A stretch of 63,986 bases of DNA, the filler included, from Ionaspis alba (Eukaryota), in assembly GCA_964255285.1 (NCBI GenBank). It is 4 parts of 4 records of this genome, joined end to end, with 100 filler letters (N's around TTAATTAATTAA, not from the genome) between each part and the next. Parts side by side here need not be neighbours in the genome. Positions count along the whole stretch, not along the records: positions 1 to 16,502 come from CAXUUL010000347.1; positions 16,603 to 32,947 come from CAXUUL010000348.1; 2 more parts are not named here. One strand, 5' to 3'. The notes beneath the pieces are model-generated. The model was not told the DNA's origin. It ran no database searches and was given only the letters and a program-made list of their open reading frames with translations. The position numbers and the translations under genes were made by a program. Within the stretch, counting starts at the first letter, position 1; each line of letters starts with the position of its first letter. Below are positions 11,827 to 24,741 of this stretch, in pieces.

Positions 11827-14302
11827 GTTGCCTGGTTTGGTGGTGACTGGGAGATCTTGAGCGATTGAAGATGGAAGTAAAGATTGTTCGTTTGATTGGT
11901 GCTAGTGATGGTAGGTTGCTGGATGATGAGGAGAGGAAGTAAATGGGAGCTTCGAGGGCCTTATATGCTTTTCCAACCACTCTTACTATTCCTGAAAGTC
12001 TCCCATTTCCAAGCCTGCCGGAAGCTCAAAGGGCATGGCTGTATCCCCATCCTGGCTTCCCCGCTCGCAGCATGCAGTGCAGCGGCAGGGCTCGGTTACA
12101 TCCAAAGATCAACAGCAGTGCATGATGCAGTCGAGTTCTGGGTCGCCGACATCAGCATTCTCCGCTGCAGAGGTAAACTTTGATGTTGTTTTGATGTCCT
12201 TCGATCTTGGCCGGTGGAGAACAGGCCAACGACTGGCTGGCTTTCGAACAGAACAGAGGCCTCGATCACCTGCAGTATCACATTGGAAGCTTTGGCTAAG
12301 GGAGATGGTTGGTATGATGAAGCAGCGTCGCCAATTTCAAAGCTCTAGATGATGATACGTCTGGCAATGTAGGTGGGCAGGATATCATCCTGAAGAAGTA
12401 GAGATCTCCATTCACTCGCACGTGAAAGGTCAGACAAAAGATCAATGTAGACTTTGTTGAGGCCTCTAGTGCAGATGTCAAACCCAATTTGCTTTACAGG
12501 ACTTGTCCAGCTTGACCTAGTCATTTCCGTGAAGGAAATGTCCGGTAAGTTCGCAGACAAGGCAGCAAAGCGGAAGCCTATTGTCCAGTGAGGCTACGGG
12601 TCTGACACGGGAAGACGTATTGGCAGATGCGGCTGACAATGCTCTTTGTTCACCCTTGAAATTTTGACCCAATGGGCAAAATTACAGCGAGAACTGGTGA
12701 CGACGCAACTTCTCGTTCCTGTGATAGAAAGACTTTGTACGTAAGATCTTCATAAGAATGGACGGTTTGAGCAAGGCCGAGATAGACAGCAGCCCTGAGA
12801 CTGTCATTGAGTTGCATATGCTCAGAAAAAGCCTCGATCGCGAAGGCGTAAATATGTACCGAAGATCCAAAGAGTGCTGAATGCAACAATGTAGTATTCA
12901 CGACGCCACTGGGAAGGGAACCCAATCAAATCGACACATTGCTGATCCCCAAGCTGGTTGGATTTGTTTCCAGGGGAAGTGGACCACGAGGCTGGTTGTC
13001 CAGACGGAATCGTATTCGAAGCATTCTGAACACTGTGAGCAAACATGCCCANNNNNNNNNNNNNNNNNNNNNNNNNNNNNNNNNNNNNNNNNNNNNNNNN
13101 NNNNNNNNNNNNNNNNNNNNNNNNNNNNNNNNNNNNNNNNNNNNNNNNNNNGTGAGCAAACATGCCCACTGAGCATTTGAACATCGATAGATGCAGCATC
13201 CGCATATACCTCCAACCTCCACAAAATGCAATTCATAAGGAATGGCTTAGTGGTGGCATACACAGGAGAGAGCTACATGAAATACGAACCAAGTCACCGT
13301 AGCGTGTGGCAGAGAACGAGTACATTCTGCTCTGCCGACTTGGTGCAGGCCACCATTTCATTGAAGGCCAAGGTCCATTACGGGCGCTGTCAAGACACCC
13401 GAGATCTCTTGGCCAACCAATATGCACGACATATGTAATTGACTCAACACACCCAACAGAGTCGTGAAGGAATGCTCAGAGCTGAATTGTAATGGGTAAC
13501 AGGAGAACGAGCATGGTCGTATTGCCAACCACTGGCCTACCTCTACCACGTGTGCGTGGCTCGGGTTGTGATGCGTACCAATGATGACAGGCATGAACGA
13601 TTCAGGGAACGGAGGATGGGAGGATGTGCATGGACAGAACTTGGAGGCGAGGAACATTGGATTAGGGTTGGCTCCGAGATCGAGGGGGGCCGGAACGAGG
13701 CTGACGGCGTTTTTGGCTGTGGGGAAGGCGTTCTCCACATGTTCTCCAAAACCTTCCAGTGGATGCTACTTCGAAACAACGTGGCGGCTTACCACGCATT
13801 GAACGAAGGGAAAAGCAATAAATCCCGCATGCCATGCGAGAAGCCTCTGATGGATCCCGCTCCAGAGAGGGAGTGACGTTGCCAATCAGCAGCAATGATG
13901 TACCTGTTGACCAAGAAAAAGCCCGTGTATGTCGATACCCTAGTTTGACCCAGAACTGTCCAAGTCGAAGGGATGTTAGATGGAGTGTAGTGCTAACTAT
14001 AGGGAGTGGAGTCGCGGAGAAGTGTCCGAAATGATCGGCGACAAATGTCACCTAATGTGGTCCAGTGTAATGCTAGAATAGCAGACACAGAGTACAAGCG
14101 AAGATGCGCTATTATACTACTACTGCTACCATACGTGGGGATCTCACGAGGGCAGGAAATCTTGTATCGACACTCTTGTGGTCGAAAATGGGTTGAGAGC
14201 ATGCATTACTGCGCGGAGTGATTGATCCACTCGACCACATTCCTCTGGGCAGGTTTGTCTCAATGCAACTTTGTATCGGTACACCTCTCACGCCAACAGC
14301 CG

Positions 14303-16166
14303 TCAATTCGGATGCCCAGTATCCAGCTCTTTCCTCAACAAATTGATCTGTTTCTTGATCTCTATCCATAACGGTAGCTTCTCCCACCCATCGCCATCCA
14401 TTAGGCACATCTGCTCGACTCTAGATAAAATCACTGGGTCATCTCCAGACCTTTTCTTGCGACGTACGACTAGAGCCAAAAGCGCGGCCACAAACGCTTC
14501 TTTCATATAAGCGAAGCTGAAGTCCTCCGTGATCTTGGCAATGGGCGCGCATAGGGAGTTGGGAAAGTCGATCTCGGAGTTCGAAGAGAGTTTCGAGCGC
14601 CAGTACTCGCAATACTGGATCCGCTCCGAAAGTGACGGAAGGGGAAACAGGTACTTTCGGTCGAAGCGACTTGGGCGTTTGGCAATCCCCGGATCCAGTT
14701 GTTCCACTGCAGACCTGTCAGTCAGCTGATAGCCGTCCTTCTCGAAGCACCCGACACAGATGCAGCTCAGCGGGAAGCGAGCTGAAGTGGTGTGAGCAAG
14801 TATGATCTTACGATGATTTGTGCTTCCCAACATCAAGAGACCCGCATTGTCCTCCAACCCATCCACTTCATTCAGGAAGTAGCTTCTGACGTCCGCGCTG
14901 ATCAAGCTGTCCACATCCTCGAAAATGAGGCAGCAAGGGGCCGTCGCCCTCGCCTTCTGGAAGATATCGCGGATTCCCCGTAAGGGACCCCAAGGAGGCA
15001 GAGATTTCACGTAGAGGCTTGCTACAGGCTCGGGTCGATTGCCTAATGTCTTCATCATAGCTCGCAGAGATAATGTTTTGCCGTTACCAGGAGGGCCAAA
15101 GAATATGATGCCACGCTGTGTCCGCGATGAGAGTTAGCTGATTGTGACCATGTTGCCATCTGCGCTACCGCCCTCGAGAAAGACGCGCTGGGGAACAATG
15201 ATAGAGAGAAATAACAGTACAGAGCTATAACAGAATAGTGCGCTTTGGGCCCCTCATAGTTGTCTGCGTCTCTTCCAGCCCAGCTAGGCCTCAAAGCTCC
15301 TGGTTTTGCGTCGTTCCCATTGCTAGGAAACACGAAGCATGTTCCAGGGCCAGCTTGCCGTGCAAAGACTGAATTGCCTGAAGAAACTAAAGAGAACGTA
15401 CCTTCCAAGGCACCACGAACTTCTTGTACGCATCTCTCTCGTCGAAAAATCCTTCTATGTCGTCCCTTAAAGTCTCCTTCATCTCACCATCTAGAATCAC
15501 ATCATCCCAGTCGGCCTTCTGAACGTTCTCCCACAGTCCCTTGTCCTTCTGCCAGTATCCCTGATCATAGACCCATATCTCCTGATGAAGTGCAAAAGTC
15601 CATTCACCAGCAGCGAGCATCAGAGCATCCGTAGCTGACGACCTGGACTCAGCGTTCTCGCATCTCTCTAATGCAGGTGCTTTCAAGATAGCAGCATTGA
15701 GCGTTACTCCAAGATCCCCATCCCGGAAGCCTTCGGCGATGTAAACCAGGTACTCGTGGTTCTCCCATCGATAGACGAATCTCGCAAACACGATTGACTC
15801 CTGAATACTGCCTTGAGCGCCATCGAGCTTCTTAGGAGGAGGAACATAATAGTGAACTAAGAGGTTCTCTGCTGGGTCAAGTTTGGACTCCGCCAGACCA
15901 GCAGCAGCGAACCCGACAAGATCGCATCGGGAAAGACTTGTTAAAGTCACGGTCAGATCCGGATGTTTCTTGCGGAGAGAGTTGCTCAAGACCGCTAAAC
16001 TTGCCTTGCGTTGAGCACTGGAGTGGTGCTCCCAGTCACCCAAGGGAGTTGGGTCGTACTCGGCCTTGGTGCCTGTCGAGACGAGGGTGAATGGTTCGGA
16101 ATCGATTTGAGATGCCATTTCGTGCTCACAACCTGCGTGTCCAGCTCGAAGACTTTCATCATCCAA
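14303..16166 (-). CDS. Fungal single-module AAA+ ATPase (exons 16166-15402, 15115-14812, 14706-14303)
   Basis: WDDVILD...VPWK|RGIIFFGPPGNGKT (Walker A), CLIFEDVD (Walker B variant), SYFLNEVDG, STNH|LEQLDPGIAKRPSRFDRKY (SRH), FSFAYMKEAF. Confidence 0.9.
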
Positions 16167-16502
16167 CTTCTTCAGCCCCTCATATATGCTTTACGTCGGC
16201 TCTGTTCCATGCAGGCCACTACTCTTTCGAGTATGTGAGACAGTCCCTGCGCCATGTTGGTTCAGCGCGTTTGAAACATGGATTTCTCCCGCTCCGCTGT
16301 AGAATCCTGCGGCCGACACTGCCCATGTCGAAAATGCTCCAGCGGAACCACCTAATCGTATCAGTTGAGTGCGCTACGAGGCTCAAAACATGACGCCAAC
16401 ACCAATGTCCCTGCATGACGTCCAGCTCTTCATCCTGTTGCCTGACCGTGCCACAGTGTAGTCCCGGGCGATGATCCTGTAGCGAAACTTGGATCCTAAA
16501 AA

Positions 16503-16602
16503 NNNNNNNNNNNNNNNNNNNNNNNNNNNNNNNNNNNNNNNNNNNNTTAATTAATTAANNNNNNNNNNNNNNNNNNNNNNNNNNNNNNNNNNNNNNNNNN
16601 NN
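16503..16602. other. Artificial scaffold-concatenation linker N44-TTAATTAATTAA-N44
   Basis: Identical 100-nt unit occurs three times; the 12-mer has stops in all six frames. Confidence 0.97.
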
Positions 16603-17567
16603 TGCTGCTGAAGAAGAAGGAGTAGCGCTTTTGGGCTTCGGAGCGCTTGTACCACATGCCGATGAGGTAGAAGCCTGTGAGGGTTTGCTTAGTGATGGTG
16701 GAGGGAGTGGGTAGAGTGGTTAAGGCTTACTTCCGGGGAACATGCCTGTTTCAGCGAGGCCGAGGAAGAAGCGGGTGGCGAGGAGGCCACTGTAGCCTTT
16801 TACGAGGCCTTGACAGATCTGAAACGCGGGTCAGTGGTTGAGGAGCCAGTTGGAGTTGGACGAGCTTACTGTGACAAGACCGAATGCGAACATGCAGGCG
16901 GATACTGGATGGTAGGATCAGATGAACGGTTCTGGGGAGCTGCGGCGGCTTCGATGATGAACTTACGCCACACATGGGGCCTCAGTCTCTTGAGGAGAAT
17001 GTTGGATGGGATTTCGAAGAGCTAGTCGTAAAGTCAGCGATTTGGAAATGCCCAATGCTTGAAGGTGCCTACTATGTATGGCACGAAGAAGATAGTCAAG
17101 GCGGTATTATACTCATTGCTACCAGCCTTGAGCCCCAGATCGTTCGAAAGTCCAAAGACTGCATCCGTCAGCTTCCAGTAAATCCGTGTGTCCTGAAAAA
17201 GTCCCGCATACCAGCTGCATTGGCAATATTCGTCCTGAAAAATAGAAGGTCAGCATCAATAGCACACACCTGGGACTCAGGTGACGTACCGGTCCAAGAA
17301 TGCCAGCAGATACAATATACTCAAGACAGGAATAACTCGCAGATCAATCTTTGTAACAAGCTTCCGCTCCGTAGTATGTGGTGGACAAACAACCCCTAAT
17401 TCATCAACCTCGACATTGCGGTCTGCGACGTCTGGGTCGTAGTAATTGTTGTTGACACCGCCGTTACCATAGCTCGAATCCGGTGACTCTGAGGGCTCTG
17501 CCTCGATATATTAGACCAAGCTTGCCTTCCTAATGCCTGGACGACACTTACTCTCGCGCCTGCCCAT
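16603..17567 (-). CDS. MFS transporter, anion:cation symporter (Dal5/Tna1) family; multi-exon, 3'-truncated at scaffold end
   Basis: Not in the ORF track. Spliced: MGRRE|K...ERKLVTKIDLRVIPVLSILYLLAFLDR|TNIANAA|VFGLSNDLGL...YNTALTIFFVPYI|LFEIPSNILLKRLRPHVW|LSACMFAFGLVT|ICQGLVKGYSGLLATRFFLGLAETGMFPG|SFYLIGMWYKRSEAQKRYSFFFSS. Confidence 0.92.
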
Positions 17568-18645
17568 ATCTGCGGCTGTACTCTGCTCTACCCGCGTCTA
17601 TTTGATCACGACCCAATCAAGGGGGAGATTCTATGCCAGTATCTACCCACACGAGTGCCCAATGGCGTGTATGTCATTGACGTCTTAAGGAGGGAAAATG
17701 TACCAAGGATGAAAATTTTGGAGCCCGCTCCTAAGCTGCAACATCATATGTAAGCAACGGGTATGCATTATGATGACTTTAGCCCGGCCTGTAACTCGTG
17801 GGTGTGCTCGTCCAGGGATGTTTCCGCTTGTCCCCGCACTTTTACACGCGATCCTCGGACACAAATGCCGACTTCCGACATATCAGGGATCTACGCGAGT
17901 CTCTTGGCCATCTCCGTTCAAGTCAATAATATGCACAACACTTGTAGTTTACTCATCTTATAGGAATAGGTTGAATGAATTCGAATCCCCAAGGTAGCCG
18001 TAGAGACATTAACAACACCATCACCATCCTTTTTGCAATTATCTTTAGCTGTTCATGGGCACTTAGTAGGCATATTGCTCCTTGCACTCCCAAAGACTTC
18101 TGATGGGCATGTTTGATGCTTCCCTTTGCAGAGCAGATATAGGGGTAGCTCTCTAAGCAGGATCTACCTAACACAATGCGCCAATGGACACAAGAGTCGA
18201 AAAGTGTTCAAGCCTCAGGCTATAGCTTCAGTATGGTCGTCGGTCGTTCCACATGCGACCGTACCATGCTCAAACCCCTCCTCTCACGAGGCTCCTTGAG
18301 CCAGCATCATGCTCTTCCCAATAACAACTCAGGCTGATTCGTATATCCACAAGAGCCATGCTCTCACTTCGGAGGCCGGCGATACATTCCCCCTTTTTAA
18401 GCTTTCGTTAAAGGCGGGAGCTAGAGCAGGAGGACCAGGATGTTGCTGTGAGGCGTAGGGTTCGATCGCGTTTTCGAGATATCGAGATTGTTTGGACTCA
18501 CTGACCGTCCTCACGACACTCTCTACCAGACTCATCAAAGTCGACGTTCGTTATAGCAGTCTCTCTCTTCCTTTCTACACTCCTCTGACCAACAGCGTAT
18601 CTGAAGAAGTACCCCTGTTCGATTTGATGTAAATTTTGTGCGACC

Positions 18646-21584
18646 ATGAACTGTCAGAAGTGCCTGAACTGTTTACGTGAAGCAGGAGTTGCAGGTAAGC
18701 TTTTTTCTTTTTTTCCCCAAACATCTCCCGGTCGGCTTTTCCTCTTGTCGCCTTGCGCTCATCATATATAGGCCCTCTCTGGCTCAAGGAGGTCGGCGCA
18801 GACCAATTTCTCGTGCTTCTTCCTCGCCAGAACTTCACTCACCATTACAAGAACCAAGCTCCCCAAGCCGTCATGCAACCCCGCCCAAGTGAGGCAGAGG
18901 TTATTCATCATCTCGAAATGCAGTACTTCAGTGCAGATGCTGAGACAATGACATCTACCAACTCAACGTTGGAAGACAACACTTCGTCGTTGACATTAGG
19001 AAATGAGGTTTCAGCAGTCAACAGCAAAGTGGGAACAAAGATGAGTAAAACCTCCAACCTCAGCACCAATGCAAAATTCGCAATGAACGGAACATTTCGA
19101 ACCACTTCTCCATCATTAACACCCATGAACGTGACGTCCGATGATACCTCCAAGTCTCTCACTCCAATGAACGGCATGTCGGTCTCCAATACCAAGCGAG
19201 CAGCGCCTGAAACAATAGAATCGATCGAGTTGAAAAAGAAGAAGACGGGCGCACAGGAGCAAGTTGTCATCAAGTGGAAACCGATCATCGTGGCCGACGT
19301 CCCCAACTTGCCCACCACATACGAACAGGTGCAATGGGTCACAGACAAGGAAAAAGACGCTCTCCTTACGAGCTACCAAGACGCAACCTTCATCGATTCC
19401 ACCAATGTTCATATCGGAGAATACATTCCGTGGATCTGCTCCCAAAAGCGTAACGCTCCCCAGGAACTGCCTGGACCAGTCAAGTTCTCCCCTAGATATC
19501 CCCTGACCACAGTCATGAATCTTGATGCCTGGAAATGCATCTTCGAACAATGTCATCCGAGCTTCTTGTTGAAGGCACGTACAATCAGCAAAGACTTCAG
19601 GTACGTGCTCGACTATGACAAAGTCTGGGAAGCGGCACGCCTGAACACCTATGGCAAAGAGTGTCCACCTCCACCTCCAGGCTTGACCGAGTGGCAGTAT
19701 GCCGATCTTCTGACAGATATCGGGTGTCAAGCCAAGGGTTGTACAGATAAAAGAGCTCGCAAGGTGTACTGGATCGCACAGAGGCGCTGGTGTGAGACTT
19801 GTTGGAAGCAACGCACGTTGAGCAATGATGCTATCTCGACCTTCGAGTTGGTGTATCCTCGTCTGACTGACTGCATCATGCACTTCACGTATGACAGGTC
19901 CCAAAGGCATCAATTCGTCGGCTGTCAGACTAATGCCCCCTCTTGGGTTCAACATCCGCGTTTTGAGCTCGGTTACGAGAAACGTGCAATGTTGGAGATG
20001 ATGAAGCGCATCGACAGCATTGACGACTGGGAAGAAGAGGAGCAGGACGAATGGTACGAGAAACAGCAAACAGCTCGTGACGTACTCATGGAAACCTGCC
20101 AAGCAATCGAAGCCTTCTGCGAAGTCAAGAAAAAAGAAGCGAAGGGAGCACAACAGACCGTTTTAGAAAGACGTGCGATGTTCTTCGAACGGAAAGCAAT
20201 GGAGATGGAGGTTCCCATGCAGTCTACCGTCCTGCATCTGAGTGCAGCCTATCAGCGATCTATTGGCATCCCTCGAGAACCAACCGAGAAGTGCTGGACA
20301 TGGCTTCGCCAAAAAATCGAGCAAGATCGCTATGAAGCAGGAATCCTTGCAAACATCGATGCCATCGTCAAAGAAGCTTCGGATGAAGCAATCACCGCAC
20401 ACCAACGAAAGCTGACCGAGGAAGATGGTCGCATCGCCGAAGCTCGCAAGAACTTCTCACCCGGCACAGAGCTGCATTTGCTCCGCCAGGTTGCAGATAT
20501 GGTGATCTCCAGGTACCTAGGCATCACAACAGAAACCACCAACGGTGTCGCAGACGAGGACCTCATCCCACTCATCCTCAACGAAGTGTACGCATTCTGG
20601 CATCGACGAGGCCAAGACCCAAAAGTCGAAGGCAAGCCCCTGATGCTATACACACTCATCCTCGATGACGCCCGTATGATAGTCGACGACTTCATCGAGC
20701 CCATCATCAGAAGCTGGGACAACCCAGACCGGCAAAAGACCGCCCGCTCCCTCAGATGCCCTGTCTGCACCCGCCACAAATGTCGTTACACCTTCGAGGA
20801 CCTCCTCGGCCACATTATCAACCATCACACCAAAGTAGTCGGCGACTTCTCCTCCTGGCGCCCCACTCCCGGCTTCGTCTACAACAATCTCTACCGCCTC
20901 AAATGGCCCGCGAACCTCCCCATCCTGGCCGAGCACCAGAAGCCCTCAACTACTTGGAACCTTCATATGTACCGCCCCTACGAGCGCAAACCCACTCCTC
21001 GCGTCGTGACGCCCCCCTCGGACGCGTTCCTCTTCCGGCGCGTAGCCGTACACGAAGGCTTCGCGAACGCAGAATTCGTCATCAACGTCCTCTTCGCTGC
21101 GAACCTCCTCCAGGACGCACGCATCCTGGACCCCAAATTCAAATCCCTGATCGCGTTCCAATTCGCCATCCACAAATACGACAATGCGGTCATTTTCCCG
21201 CATTGGGACCTGACTCACGGAGCCCTACTCGATATGCACTGCGAGCTCGTGCGCGCCGGCTTCAATGACCTCTTCGACGACTTCAAGTGCAAGGCTTGCA
21301 TCCAGGAAATCGCGGCGCAGGGAGGGGAGATTATGAGTTCGAGGCAGGGACGGTTTGCGAAACGCGGTCATCCGTTGGGGGATTTGGTGCACCATTTTGG
21401 TACCACTCACATTGGGTTGCGCTGGATAGAGTGGGCGTTCTTGTTTCCGAGCGGTGGGGAGTTGGCTGTCGCGTTGGAGACGGATGGGACGGCGGCGGAG
21501 GTTTTTGAGAGGTTGTTTCCCCAGACCGGAGTTCTGGATCCGATGTTGTTTAAGGAAGAGGTCGTGGAGGTTGATGATGAGTGA
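18646..21584 (+). CDS. F-box-like protein with Cys/His zinc-binding motifs (probable first exon 18646-18694, intron 18695-18771)
   Basis: 943-codon ORF. F-box-like MNLDAWKCIFEQCHPSFLLKARTISKDFRYVL followed by VWEAAR...PPPPPGLTEWQYADLL...CQ..GC...RRWCETC. C2H2-like motifs CPVC...HIINHH and CKAC...HFGTTH. Confidence 0.75.
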
Positions 21585-22932
21585 GTGAATGAGTGATTGA
21601 TGGGATGAAGAGTGTGGATGATCGATTGCGTTGGGTTGGGTGCGTTGCTTGTCGTCGCTGTGGCGGCAGGTAACGCCTACACCTGCACGTTGGTTCGGTC
21701 TGATACATCTACTTCGACCTGTTCCAGCGACTCGACGGCATTCTGCACTCCTGAATTTTGTTTTGCTCTGCTCAATCGCGAGCTTTTGTGTGACAGTCAG
21801 ACGGACGGCGTTGGTGCAATGACNNNNNNNNNNNNNNNNNNNNNNNNNNNNNNNNNNNNNNNNNNNNNNNNNNNNNNNNNNNNNNNNNNNNNNNNNNNNN
21901 NNNNNNNNNNNNNNNNNNNNNNNTTGGTGCGTTGACTGTGGCATCCTCATTGGCCACAGCTCATGCACCTACATGTTGTTCTCGTCTGATCTTTTCGAAA
22001 AACTCGATTGTACCTTGCAACCTGTTGACATTGTCTGTTACCCTACATGTGGGTCTTTGTCTGACATTGTGGGGTCTTGTTTCTTGCTGGAAAGCCAGCA
22101 TTGTATTCTGCATCTGAAAGCGAATACCCCGGTCTTCGGATACTGTCCTGAGCACAGTCACTCCGCACCAAGTTCTGTTATGAAAAGCACGTGTACCTAA
22201 GTCAGTCCGGTCTTTGAAGTCTTGTGAGGTGGATTTAATTGAAAAGGGTTGAGTGGGTGGTAGATTTGTCGGACTCAGGACTGGACTTTAGGTAGCGCGA
22301 CGTTGCCACAAAAGAAAAAACGTGATCAAACTAAATTGTGCCTTATCCTGATTGAGACGGCACACTGTGCCACTGCCGGCCGCCCTTGCATAAGTCGATC
22401 ATGGCTTTCACGATCGGAGTACGGGTCAAAGACTAATGCGCGCTGAGGCAGGGGATGTATTTTTGACATCTGTGAAGCGTAGTACAGTGGTTGGCTCTAC
22501 GCGGTGTGAGTATGATCGAATCTACGAGTGCCCACTTGAATCGCATGTCCCAAGGATTGTATTGTTTCGTTATCTACGGACTCATAAGCAGTAATACATT
22601 TCCATGCATAAAACATGAAAAGTCAGAGTCCCATCCAGGGATCTGGACCTAACCCGAACAAGGACAAGCACTCCCGGCCCGTTATCTTTCCTTGGTATCC
22701 ACCAATCACACCATCCGTCATCGACACCCGTCTGCTTCTGGTATTTTCTCTGCCTAGCTCATTTTCCGTTTTTCGTGCAACTGTCATACACTCATTTACA
22801 GACTCACTTTCCTCCTTTCCACCACTCGATCTCACATCTGCCATCTCCTTTGTCTTCTTTGATATACCCCTGAAAGAGCCATACAATCCTTCTTTCACAC
22901 ATACGTCAAATCAATCAATCAATCTCGCAGTC

Positions 22933-24162
22933 ATGGCCTCATCAACCAAAACCCTCCTCCGCCTCGCCACACGCACAACTCCCACCCTCAAAACCACAAC
23001 CACCCACACCACCCACCACCTTCTTCCCCGCCAAATCCAGCGCTCCTCCCGGCGCAGCTACGCTTCCGGCGCCACCGGCTCCTCCTCGATGGCCACCTAC
23101 TACTGGAGCTTTGGAGCACTCGCCGCTGCGGCGGGAGCCGGTGGCTACTTCTTCTACATGAACGGGGGTTTCACGAACCTCAGAGAAGGCAGCGCCGGCG
23201 AAACCCGCGGGGTGTTCACGCCCTCGAAAGACGACTACCAGAAAGTTTACACCACGATCGCGAAGCTGCTCGAGGAGAAAGACGAGTACGATGATGGCAG
23301 TTATGGACCAGTGCTCGTGAGGCTGGCGTGGCATTGTAGTGGGACGTATGATAAGGAGACGGGGACTGGGGGCAGTAATGGAGCGACGATGAGGTTTGCG
23401 CCGGAGGGGGATCATGGTGCTAATGCCGGGTTGAAGGCTGCGAGGGATTTTTTGGAGCCGGTGAAGGGTGAGCAGTTCCACTCTCCATGAATCTGGAGTC
23501 AAGGCTGATGGCGAATATAGAGAAATTCCCTTGGATCACTTACTCGGACCTCTGGACCCTAGCCGGTGTCTGCGCTATCCAAGAAATGCAAGGACCGCTG
23601 ATCCCGTGGCGGCCTGGTCGTCAGGACCGCGATGTCTCGATGTGCACGCCTGATGGTCGATTGCCAGACGGCTCGAAGGAGCAGACCCATTTGCGTGCTA
23701 TATTTGGCCGCATGGGCTTCGATGATCGTGAGATCGTGGCGCTGAGTGGAGCTCATGCTTTGGGCAGATGCCACACCGATCGAAGTGGGTTCGACGGGCC
23801 ATGGAGTTTCAGCCCGACGGTGATGTCGAATGATTATTTCCGCTTATTGTTGGGGGAGAAGTGGAATTTCAGGAAGGTGAGTCGAGGTCTTGATCTTCAA
23901 TTTGTGGTGCTAGGTTGCTGATTAGTGACAGTGGAATGGACCTAAGCAATACCAGGACGTGGCTACCAAGAGTCTTATGATGCTGCCAACAGATATGGCG
24001 CTCATCAAGGACAAAGAATTCAAGAAGCACGTCGAGCGCTATGCCAAGGACGATCAGGTGTTCTTCAACGAGTTCAGGGATGTGATGGTGAAGCTTTTGG
24101 AGCTCGGTGTACCTTTCCAATCGAAGGAGGAAGATAGGATGACGCTTCAGCCTAGCGCTTAA
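22933..24162 (+). CDS. CCP1: Mitochondrial cytochrome c peroxidase (introns 23468-23520, 23877-23931)
   Basis: Presequence plus TM segment; [23 protein letters not shown] (distal Arg/Trp/His); [13 protein letters not shown] (proximal His); [10 protein letters not shown]. Confidence 0.96.
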
Positions 24163-24741
24163 CTATAGACGAGCAGTTAAGTTGGTAGGTGGCAATCCGA
24201 CCTCGTTGTTAGGTCGAAGTTGGAAGCTTTTGATGCTGTGGAGAGCGATACTGAGAGATGTCGGATGCGGTTCTTTTGTTCCTTGCTATTAGCGAAGGCG
24301 TTAGTACAACTGCTAGATCTCTACTCTATTACTAGATAGGCTAGACTAGACTATAGACATAGATGCGCCGCTTTGCCGGCTGCCTGCTTGTGGATAATTG
24401 ACTTGTTTTGATCTCTTTTATACTCTCTTGGTATGCGGTCTACATATGATGGTTGCGGTTGATATCAAAAAGTGTTACAGCTTCATTTTCCAAACTTTGG
24501 GTGCGTCCGACATTCGAGTTTGAACCATGAACGCTCGGTCGGAGTAGAAATACAAGAAGAAATACTTGACGTTGTAAGAACGTTCGCTTTCTTTCGCAAT
24601 CATTACTCGGATTATCGTTACTGTATTACCTCGGAGTCATTTATCCTCTCACCCTTATATTCAAGCACCGCTCACTGCTTTGGACCGCAACGTTTGAGCA
24701 CCGGACACCACATAGTATCCAATAACGCCGAAAGCCGCCGC

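Noticed and set aside
13035..13168. 17-nt direct repeat GTGAGCAAACATGCCCA flanking a 100-N gap
   Set aside because: Same assembly-overlap artefact.
17940..18000. TTCGAATCCC resembling a tRNA T-loop
   Set aside because: No T-stem pairing, acceptor stem or D-arm.
19116..20153. 345-aa antisense ORF, and the many other overlapping ORFs in the track
   Set aside because: Shadow frames of real genes, with no motifs of their own.
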